This document shows, piece after piece, positions 1 through 7,295 of a DNA stretch of 12,922 nt (position 1 is its first letter; the number at the start of each line of letters is the position of its first letter). Under the pieces are notes generated by a model. That model was not told the origin of the DNA. It saw nothing but the letters and a program-made list of their open reading frames with translations, and did no database searches. Origin of the DNA: Nitrospinota bacterium. Its GTDB lineage: Bacteria > UBA8248. The stretch is taken from the NCBI GenBank assembly GCA_046581755.1, contig JAYGFR010000215.1, positions 1-12,922 on the forward strand. Reading direction: 5' to 3'. Both the position numbers and the translations under genes were made by a program.

Positions 1-1431
1 CAATACCGCGGGGTTTTTATCCAGCAATTCGGCCACGTTGACCTGGAATTTTCCAAACAAGATATTGGCGTTCGTGTTGCTTCCCGTAACGAAGGTCCCC
101 ATCAGGCCCACCAGCGGGGCCAGGAGGGGGAACATCTGGCCCGAAAAGGCCGCCACCCCATGGGCCAGCACCTGAATCATGCCCGAAACCGACATGACCG
201 AGGCCATCGCCACCATCGCGACGGTGCCCACGCAGGTGGGGACGGCCGCCCGGAGGGTAGTCCGGAAAACGGCGGCGCTTTTGCCGGGCCAGCGCCCGTT
301 GGCCCGGTAGATGAGATATCCCAGATACGAGGTGCATAGAAGGAGCGCCCCCGGATGGGCGAGCGGCTCGAGCTTCCACCGCTTCGCGGGCGTGACGTAG
401 CCCCACGCAGTTCGAAGCTCGTCCAGTCCGATTTCGATCCGGCACTGGCGCAGCCCATCGTGAATCCAGGGGATGAAGGTCGCGGCGGCGACAACGGCGA
501 TGAACACGTAATACGGCGAAAAGGCCAGGTGAAAATTCATGCACCGCGAGCCGTCCGGCGGCCGCTTCAGGATCACGCGCTCCTCCTCGGGTTTGGGCGC
601 GAAGGCGGCGGGTCGGGAGGGGTGCTTGTAGCGCCTGAAGCGCAAGAGACCGAAACCGATCAACAGGCAGACCATCCCCGCGCCGAAGGAGGCGATGATC
701 CAAAGGCCCGCCCAGGCCAGGAAGAGTTGCGCCAGGCTGGTCACCCCGCCCAGCAAAAAAACGATCAGGGGCCACCTGGCGACCGCGCTCCAGCCCGCAT
801 GAAGATGGGCGATCGAAACCGCCGCCACCAGCCCCGAGAGGGCGAGGAGGGAGGCGGTAAGGACGGCCAGTTCGTGCGGCGGCAAATCGGTCACCGAGAG
901 CAGGGCCTGAAAGCTGCTCGCCATGTCGCCCATGCCGACCGCCCAGGCATGTCCGATGAGCGCGGCCGCGACGGCCTGGACGGGCGGATAGCCGATCCCA
1001 ACGAGAAGGGGGGCGACGACGGCGACCGGGACGCCGAACCCGGCCACCCCCTGCAGGAAGGAGGTGAACCCGAAGGCCAGAATCATCAGCTGGAGTATGT
1101 GGTTGCGCGTCATGTCCCACACGCTCTATCCGATGTTCCGGATGCCGCCCGCCGCCTCTGCCACGTGAAAAAGGAGCAGCGCCGGGAGGATGATGTAGAG
1201 GACCGGCAGGCTGGTCAGCACCCCGCGCGCCAGGGCGCCGCCTAGCGCCGCGCCCGAGCCGAACCGCCCCCACGCAAGGAGGATGGCCACCGCCAGGCCC
1301 GCGGGCCCCGCCTTGCTCCCCCCCCAGCCAAGGCCCAGCATCAAGACAACGAGGGCGAGAATCGGCGCCAGCGCCAACACAAAACTCCAGGCGCCAAGCT
1401 CCAGTCCCGGACCGGATAAAGATGGATTCAT
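1..1431 (-). pseudogene. lctP: L-lactate/glycolate permease (LctP family), interrupted by an in-frame TAG at 1128-1126; 3' end lies outside the window
   Basis: ATG at 1431 gives MNPSLSG...LALAPILALVVLMLGLGW...LYIILPALLLFHVAEAAGGIRNIG then TAG. The same frame stays open for 375 more codons to base 1: SVWDMTRNHILQLMILAFGFTSFLQGVAGFGVPVAVVAPLLVGIGY...HAWAVGMGDMASSF...APLVGLMGTFVTGSNTNANILFGKFQVNVAELL. FLxGxAGFGxPxA and GxFxTGSNTxxNxLFG are LctP motifs. Confidence 0.85.
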
Positions 1432-1671
1432 CGCCGCCGTCCGCCCTTCCAGGGAGCGCCGCGAAAGATGCGGGCTCCGAAAGCGGGCCTCCGCCCGGAT
1501 ACCGGAAATTCCCTATCCCACATGGCCCCGCCGGGCGCACGGGCCAAATGGGCGGCTCTTCCCGGGAATGAAACCGTTCGAATCCCTGTTCAATTTATAC
1601 CCGCGCGAAATAAATGTTTTTAGATGAAAGAGCCATATTTTCGTATTCCTTGTGTCTATTTTCGACGGGTA

Positions 1672-1701
1672 TGGTATGATAATTATACTCAATATTATCA
1701 T
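1672..1701 (+). promoter_or_regulatory. Putative promoter (-10 elements) and overlapping inverted-repeat operator in the lctP/tctC divergent region
   Basis: AT-rich island (about 1600-1715) with extended -10 TGgTATGAT (1672-1680), a second -10-like TATACT (1684-1689), and perfect inverted repeat ATGATAAT-N10-ATTATCAT (1676-1701). No strong -35 found. Confidence 0.45.
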
Positions 1702-1852
1702 GATGTTCGTTTATGCGAGGGAGTTTCCCCTCCGTTGATATGGGCCGGCTCGGTGCCGGCCTGCGAGAATTTCGGGAGCCGCAGGAGTTCTTTCAATCTT
1801 ACCTCAGGGTGCGGGGCCTTGCGGGCCCTCACCCGCGCAAGGAGGACTGAAA

Positions 1853-2851
1853 ATGAAATCGCGGAATGCGAAGTTTTGTCTCACACGCCTTTGGGCAGTG
1901 GGTATGGCCGTTATCGTGGCCGCCGCCTGGAGCGTGCCAAAAGTGGAAGCTGCCTGGAAACCCACCCGTCCCATCCAGTTTGTCATAATGGCCGGGAAAG
2001 GCGGGGGCGCCGATCGCATCGCCCGCCTGATGCAGAAAATCGTGACGCAAAACAATTGGTCTCCCCAGCCGCTCGTGCCGATCAACAAAAAAGGCGGCTC
2101 CGGGGCCGAGGCGATGCTCTATCTGAACTCGAAGAAGGGCAACCCGCACGTCATCCTCGTGACCCTGAACAGCTTCTTCACCACGCCCGCCCTGCAGAAG
2201 CTGCCCGTCACCTATAAGAGCTTCACCCACATCTACCGCCTCGCGATGGACACCTTCCTCCTGTGGGTGAACAAAAAGTCCGGGATCACCACCGTGGATC
2301 AGTGGGCCGCGGCCGTGAGGGCCAAAAAGGGCAAATGGACGATGGGCGGCACCGGGAAAATGCAGGAAGACCAGCTCGTCACCAACATGTTGAGCCAGGC
2401 ATACGGCCTCAAGGGCCTCATCACCTACGTCCCCTTCCGGGGCGGCGGCACGGTGGCCAAGAACCTCGCGGGCGGCCACCTCGACTCGACGGTGAACAAC
2501 CCCGCCGAGGGCCTTCCGCACACGCCGGAAAAGATGGTGCCCATCGCGGCGCTGACCCCGAAGCGCATCCCGATCTTCCCGAACGTTCCCACTTTCGCGG
2601 AACTCGGAAAGCCCCAGCTCGTCTACTTCATGATGCGCTCCATCAACGCTCCGGGCGGAATTTCCAAGGATGCGACCGCGTGGTACAGCGATCTCTTCAC
2701 CAAGCTGTGCAATTCGCAGGCCTGGAAGACCTACACCAAGAAAAAGGCCCTCAACCGCGCCTGCCTGACCGGCGGGCCGCTTGCCTCGTTCTTCGCGGAC
2801 GAAGACGTGAAGCACAAAAAGCTCCTCAAGGGAATGGGCCTTATCAAGTAA
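1853..2851 (+). CDS. tctC: Tripartite tricarboxylate transporter substrate-binding protein (TctC/Bug family)
   Basis: SD AAGGAGG upstream; Sec signal peptide ending VEA-A; WKPTRPIQFVIMAGKGGGADRIAR, NKKGGSG, YVPFRGGG, PNVPTFAELG motifs; followed by tctB and tctA. Confidence 0.93.
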   Translation: MKSRNAKFCLTRLWAVGMAVIVAAAWSVPKVEAAWKPTRPIQFVIMAGKGGGADRIARLMQKIVTQNNWSPQPLVPINKKGGSGAEAMLYLNSKKGNPHVILVTLNSFFTTPALQKLPVTYKSFTHIYRLAMDTFLLWVNKKSGITTVDQWAAAVRAKKGKWTMGGTGKMQEDQLVTNMLSQAYGLKGLITYVPFRGGGTVAKNLAGGHLDSTVNNPAEGLPHTPEKMVPIAALTPKRIPIFPNVPTFAELGKPQLVYFMMRSINAPGGISKDATAWYSDLFTKLCNSQAWKTYTKKKALNRACLTGGPLASFFADEDVKHKKLLKGMGLIK

Positions 2852-2904
2852 CGGAACGATGGATAAGCAATGCGAACGATGGATGAAAGCAACGTGAACA
2901 GTCG

Positions 2905-3462
2905 ATGATATTGATGGATAGAATCGTCGCCGGCGCCCTGTTTTTCTTGGGCATCGCCGTCGCATGGAAATCGGCCGAACTGCCGATCGGCGTGCTTCCC
3001 AGGGAAGGGCCAGGAGGGGGGTTTCTCCCCTTCTGGCTCTCCTTGGGGATTTCCGCCATCTCGGCCGTGGTGTTCATTCAGACTTTCTTTGGCGGCACTT
3101 CCGAAGAAGCTGCGGCGGGCGAAGAAACCGCGGCCGGCGCAGCGGGCGAAGAAACCGCGTCGGGCGCGTCGGCGATAAGCGGCTTCATCACCTGGGAGGG
3201 ATTTGTCGAAATCCTCCGCGTCGGCGTTCCCGCCCTGATCATGATCCTCCTCACCACCACCATCTCCATCTACTTTGCATCGGCCGCGTTCGTTTTCTAT
3301 AGCCTCTACATCGTGGGGCGGCACGGCCTTCGCGTCTCCCTATCGGTGGCCGCCGGCGTTCCCGTCGGCGTCTTTTTAATTTTCGAGAAATTCCTGATCA
3401 TCCCGCTGCCCAAGGGTGTCGTGGAACCCCTGTTTTATATGGAGTGGGACAAATTGTTTTGA
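2905..3462 (+). CDS. tctB: Tripartite tricarboxylate transporter small membrane subunit TctB
   Basis: About four hydrophobic helices, GPGGGFLPFW motif, C-terminal FEKFLIIPLPKG typical of TctB; lies between tctC and tctA. Start could be ATG 2914. Confidence 0.88.
   Translation: MILMDRIVAGALFFLGIAVAWKSAELPIGVLPREGPGGGFLPFWLSLGISAISAVVFIQTFFGGTSEEAAAGEETAAGAAGEETASGASAISGFITWEGFVEILRVGVPALIMILLTTTISIYFASAAFVFYSLYIVGRHGLRVSLSVAAGVPVGVFLIFEKFLIIPLPKGVVEPLFYMEWDKLF
3115..3159 (+). repeat. In-frame duplication (GCGGGCGAAGAAACCGCG x2, 27-nt period) in a TctB loop
   Basis: Identical 18-mers at 3115-3132 and 3142-3159 encoding AGEETA twice within EEAAAGEETAAGAAGEETASGASA. Confidence 0.8.
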
Positions 3463-3577
3463 GCCAGATCTGAACCGATCCCTCCGACCCGGGCGAATCG
3501 AGAGCCCAGGCCGCGCCTTCTGCCAAGGCATTCGGCCGGCAAGGCGTTCGGGAGTTTAGCGCAAAGGAATCCGGATT

Positions 3578-5092
3578 TTGGAAATCCTGGGAAATCTATT
3601 CTACGGCCTCTCCATCGCGCTCTCGCCCGAAAACCTGCTCATGGCGTTTATCGGGGTCGTCCTCGGCGTCGCCATCGGGGCCATGCCGGGGCTCGGCTCG
3701 GTGAACGGGGTGGCCATTCTCCTGCCCATCACCTACGCCGTCCCGCCCACGAGCGCCATCATTTTTCTGGCGGCCATCTATTACGGCGCCATGTACGGCG
3801 GGGCCATCAGCTCCATCACGCTGAACATCCCGGGCGCCTCGACCGCCGTCGCCACCACCTTCGACGGTTATCCCCTCGCCCAAAAGGGCCAGGCGGCGGA
3901 CGCGCTCGTCACCGCGGCGGTGGCCAGCTTCGTCGGGGGCTCGATCTCGATCATTCTCTTCACGTTCTTCGCTCCGCCCCTGGCCGAGTTCGCCCTCCGG
4001 TTCGGCCCCCCCGAGGAGTTTGCGGTCGTCTTCCTCGCCTACGGCACCTTCGCGGGCCTGGGTGGAGAAAACCCCCTCAAGACGCTCATCGCCACCATGA
4101 TGGGCCTGCTCATGTCCACGGTGGGCACCGACATCGTGAGCGGTGCGCCGCGCCTCATTTTTTTCAATATTACCGGCTTCTACCACGGCATCAACTTCCT
4201 TGTCCTCGCCATCGGCCTCTACGGGGTGGGAGAGATTTTCTACATCCTCGAGGGCGGCTCCAAGGCCAGGGAGCGCTACCAGGCGAAGGTGGGAATTAAG
4301 GAAATCGTCTCGACCATCATAGATTTGTGGAAATTCAAGTGGACCCTCCTCCGGGGCTCCCTGCTCGGCTTTTTCGTCGGGATGCTCCCCGCGGCCGGAG
4401 CCACCCCGGCGAGTTTCATGAGCTACAGCATCGCCAAGCGCCTCTCGAGGGAACCCGAGCAATTCGGCAAGGGAACCATCGAGGGGGTGGCGGCCCCCGA
4501 GTGCGCCAACAACGCCGCCAGCACGGGCGCGATGCTCCCCATGCTGACGCTGGGGATTCCCGGCTCGCCCACGACGGCCGTCATGCTGGGCGCCCTTTAC
4601 GTCTGGGGGCTCATCCCCGGGCCGCGCCTGTTCGTCGAAAACCCCGAATTCGTCTGGGGCCTGACGGGGAGCCTCTACATCGCAAACACCATGGCCGTCC
4701 TCGTCGCCCTGTTCGCCATCCCCATCTTTATCTGGATGCTGCGGATGCCCATGACCATCCTGGCCCCGGTCATTCTGGTCGTCTGCGCCGTGGGGGGATT
4801 TTCTCCGACCCAGGACATGTTCGACGTTTATCTGATGTTCCTCTTCGGCGTGATCGGGTATTTCTTCCGAAAACTCGACTATCCCCTCGCCCCGATGGTG
4901 CTCGCCCTCGTCCTGGGGCAGATCACCGAGCGCACCTTCCGCCAAAGCATGATCATCAGCCACGGAACCATCGGCATCCTTTTCGACTTCTCGGGCCACC
5001 CCATCGCCGCGACGCTGATGTGGCTCTCGGTCGCCTTCTTCGTGACCCCGCTCATCTCCTTCCTCCTCCAGCGGAAACGGGTGCACTTCTAG
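3578..5092 (+). CDS. tctA: Tripartite tricarboxylate transporter large permease subunit TctA
   Basis: TTG start after AAAGGA; 504 aa; motifs GAMPGLG, YYGAMYGG, NIPG, TTFDGYPLA, GVAAPECANNA, PMLTLGIPGSPTTAVM, PLAPMVLALVLG. Confidence 0.95.
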   Translation: MEILGNLFYGLSIALSPENLLMAFIGVVLGVAIGAMPGLGSVNGVAILLPITYAVPPTSAIIFLAAIYYGAMYGGAISSITLNIPGASTAVATTFDGYPLAQKGQAADALVTAAVASFVGGSISIILFTFFAPPLAEFALRFGPPEEFAVVFLAYGTFAGLGGENPLKTLIATMMGLLMSTVGTDIVSGAPRLIFFNITGFYHGINFLVLAIGLYGVGEIFYILEGGSKARERYQAKVGIKEIVSTIIDLWKFKWTLLRGSLLGFFVGMLPAAGATPASFMSYSIAKRLSREPEQFGKGTIEGVAAPECANNAASTGAMLPMLTLGIPGSPTTAVMLGALYVWGLIPGPRLFVENPEFVWGLTGSLYIANTMAVLVALFAIPIFIWMLRMPMTILAPVILVVCAVGGFSPTQDMFDVYLMFLFGVIGYFFRKLDYPLAPMVLALVLGQITERTFRQSMIISHGTIGILFDFSGHPIAATLMWLSVAFFVTPLISFLLQRKRVHF

Positions 5093-5116
5093 GCGCGCCG
5101 GGGGGCGCCCCCAAAA

Positions 5117-5188
5117 ACCAAACGGGGGGGGACGTTTATCACCAAAACGGGCAAGACCTTTAACGCCAAAACGGGCGGGACCTTTTGG
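5117..5188. repeat. Three imperfect 24-nt tandem copies between convergent genes
   Basis: accaaacggggggggacgtttatc / accaaaacgggcaagacctttaac / gccaaaacgggcgggaccttttgg starting at 5117, 5141, 5165. Confidence 0.7.
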
Positions 5189-5206
5189 CCCCGCCCGTTT
5201 CTATTT
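5168..5206. terminator. Probable bidirectional intrinsic terminator between tctA and the FGE-like gene
   Basis: Hairpin AAACGGGCGGGACC-TTTT-GGCCCCGCCCGTTT (5169-5200) with T-rich tails on both strands, between two convergent stop codons. Confidence 0.75.
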
Positions 5207-5235
5207 CGTATTCGCCGGCTCCGGAACTCCGGGGC

Positions 5236-6126
5236 TTATTCGTCCGTCGCGCAGCGGAACCCGAGGTTCAAACTTTTGTACCAGGGCTCGAATCCCTCGC
5301 GGGCCGAGCATCTCAGGCCGTCCTCGATAAAATCCCAGCCACAGCCGCGAACGGATTTACCCGTCCAGGCGTAGCCCCCCTTCCGGGGAAGCCAGCCTTC
5401 GGTGTCTCCGAAGCGGATTTTATAAATCTCCTTTTCCCGGCCAAGAATCTCGTAGCGCTCTCCCCGCTTCACCTCGCCGAGGGTCAGGCTTCCTCCCCCC
5501 GGTACGGCGTACACAGAAATTTTCGCCATGGCCACCTGATACACGGGAAACTCCGGCCCGCGGGGATCCTCGGTCGGCCCGTCCTGGTAGTAGAAGGCAT
5601 CGAACCAGTCGGAGATCCACTCGTAGGTATTTCCGGCCATCTGGACACACCCGTAGGGCGAGGCTTTCTCGGCCAGGGCATCGACCGGAAGCGTCCGTTT
5701 CTCTTCGCGGCCGGCGTAGTTGGCATCCTCTGGAGTGGGTTCCCCGTTCCCCCACGGATAGGCCCTTCCGTCGGTTCCGCGCGCGGCCTTTTCCCATTCG
5801 GCCTCGGTCGGGAGGCGCTTTCCGGCCCACTTGGAATAGGCGTCGGCCTCCTCCCAGGAGACGCTGACGATGGGCTGCATCGGGGCCACGAAATCGTCCT
5901 TCGCGAACGAGGGGGGCGCGGAAAACGCCCCGGTCTCATCGAGAAAACGGCGGTACTGCTCGTTGGTCACCTGATGCTTGTCGATCCAAAAGCCCGGGAG
6001 CGTGACCTGGCGGCTGGGCTGCTCGTCGTGGTTCCCCTGGTCCGAGCCCATCAGGAACGCCCCGGCGGGAACATGGACCATCTGGCCGCCGTCGCGGCCG
6101 GCGCGCTCCTGAATCCCTTCGTTCAT
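5236..6126 (-). CDS. FGE-sulfatase (SUMF1/EgtB/PvdO-like) domain protein with internal SH3b-like insertion
   Basis: MVHVPAGAFLMGS, DEQP, IDKHQVTNEQY, RLPTEAEWEKAARG, YPWGN, MAGNTYEW, LGFRC. Start set at ATG 6126 (SD GGGAG), because the ORF-track start at 6216 spans a terminator. Lacks the CxxxxC of catalytic formylglycine-generating enzymes. Confidence 0.88.
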   Translation of the reverse strand: MNEGIQERAGRDGGQMVHVPAGAFLMGSDQGNHDEQPSRQVTLPGFWIDKHQVTNEQYRRFLDETGAFSAPPSFAKDDFVAPMQPIVSVSWEEADAYSKWAGKRLPTEAEWEKAARGTDGRAYPWGNGEPTPEDANYAGREEKRTLPVDALAEKASPYGCVQMAGNTYEWISDWFDAFYYQDGPTEDPRGPEFPVYQVAMAKISVYAVPGGGSLTLGEVKRGERYEILGREKEIYKIRFGDTEGWLPRKGGYAWTGKSVRGCGWDFIEDGLRCSAREGFEPWYKSLNLGFRCATDE

Positions 6127-6181
6127 ATCAATCTCCCAAACAAACGGGCGGCGCCCGCTTGCGCAAAATTTCTTGGCGACG

Positions 6182-6214
6182 AAAAAGGACGGGGCCCTTG
6201 GATGGACCCCGTCC
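6182..6214 (-). terminator. Intrinsic terminator after the oxidoreductase beta-subunit gene
   Basis: Minus strand reads GGACGGGGTCC-ATCCAA-GGGCCCCGTCC-TTTTT, about 45 nt after the tandem TAG TAG stop. Confidence 0.8.
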
Positions 6215-6259
6215 AATCTCGGCTCAACGGGGAGGAAGCCCCCCCGGCGATTCCGGCTA

Positions 6260-7291
6260 CTACTTCTTCTTCGAGGGGTCCTCTCCCAGCTTGAAGGGAA
6301 TCACGCCGGGGAGCATCCAGTTGTCCCACATCTTATCCACTTCGCTCTGGAAGTATTCGTAATCCTCCTCGATGAAGTGGTGGAAGCGGCCCTGCGCCTC
6401 GAGATAATCGCGCACCGGCTTGCGGGTGCGGTTCCCATAAACCTGGCGCGCGGAGACGCCCGTGTAGGTGAGCTCGCCGTTCGTCATCTCCCAGAGCGGG
6501 AACAGGCCGCTCTCGACGGCCATCTCGCCCAGCTTGTGGGAGAAGAACGGGTCGTAGTCCCATCCCTTGGGGCATGGATCGAGAGTGTGAAGGAACGCGG
6601 GGCCCGGCTCCTTGAGGCCCTTGCGGACCTTGTCGATCAGGTCGGCCGGGTAGGACGCGTCGCCCGTCGCCACATAGTTGCACTTGGTGTGGCCGACGGC
6701 GTAGAGGGCCGCGATGTTCTTCTTCCAGTTCTTGTGCATGATCCGGGTTTTCTTTCCCGGAGGGGTGAACGTCGTGTTCGCGCCCCAGGGGGAAGCACCC
6801 GAGATCTGGATGTCGGTGTTCGCGTACGACTCGTTGTCGTAGCAGATGATCAGCAAGTTGTAGCGGGTGTGCATGAGGGCCGCCGAGATCGAGGAGACGC
6901 CCATATCGGCGCCGCCGCCGTCGCCGCAAAATGCGATGACGTTGATCGGCTCTTCCTTTATCTTCCCCTTGCGCATGAGGGCGCGAAGGGCGGCGGCGGT
7001 GCCGGTGGCCGCGGAGCCCGCGGAACCGAGCTGGGTGTGCATCCATGGCACCACCCAGGGGGTGGAGTAGTAGGTGGTGTTGGCCACGTACATGCAGCCC
7101 GTGCTGCCCAGGATGATGGTGCGCGGGCCGGCGGCCTTGGCCATGAGGCGCATGATGAGCGCGCTCTCGCAGCCCTGGCAGGTCCGGTGTCCGCTCGTGT
7201 AGTACTCCTCGACCGCCTTTTCGGGAATCTGGTTCACCCGCTTCGTCAGCGGGAGGTCCTGTGTTCCGATATTATATTCGAGATCAGCCAT
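6260..7291 (-). CDS. 2-oxoacid:ferredoxin oxidoreductase beta subunit (TPP- and [4Fe-4S]-binding), oxalate oxidoreductase beta-like
   Basis: GHRTCQGC, TGCMYVANT, TPP motif GDGG...YDNESYANT, GANTTFTPPG, PCPKGW; starts 4 nt after the alpha stop, SD GAGG. Confidence 0.92.
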   Translation of the reverse strand: MADLEYNIGTQDLPLTKRVNQIPEKAVEEYYTSGHRTCQGCESALIMRLMAKAAGPRTIILGSTGCMYVANTTYYSTPWVVPWMHTQLGSAGSAATGTAAALRALMRKGKIKEEPINVIAFCGDGGGADMGVSSISAALMHTRYNLLIICYDNESYANTDIQISGASPWGANTTFTPPGKKTRIMHKNWKKNIAALYAVGHTKCNYVATGDASYPADLIDKVRKGLKEPGPAFLHTLDPCPKGWDYDPFFSHKLGEMAVESGLFPLWEMTNGELTYTGVSARQVYGNRTRKPVRDYLEAQGRFHHFIEEDYEYFQSEVDKMWDNWMLPGVIPFKLGEDPSKKK

Positions 7292-7295
7292 GGTT

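Noticed and set aside
1126..1128. Genome-wide amber reassignment
   Set aside because: TAG ends tctA, the beta subunit (TAG TAG) and the GntR gene at family-appropriate lengths; no pyl genes or tRNA in the window.
17..1540. 507-aa minus-strand ORF and 355..1245 plus-strand ORF
   Set aside because: Arg/Gly/Pro-rich alternative-frame and antisense shadows of lctP; the motif-bearing frame is the one starting at 1431.
1674..1703. NikR operator or canonical Fur box
   Set aside because: GTATGA...TCATGA spacing is 18 rather than 16 nt, and the Fur half-site spacing is 10 rather than 1 nt.
5236..6126. Diversity-generating retroelement target (FGE/CLec fold)
   Set aside because: No reverse transcriptase and no template-repeat copy of the 3' end visible in the window.
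6127..6216. N-terminal extension of the FGE-like ORF to 6216
   Set aside because: It runs through the terminator hairpin; ATG 6126 has a good SD and lies close to the domain start.
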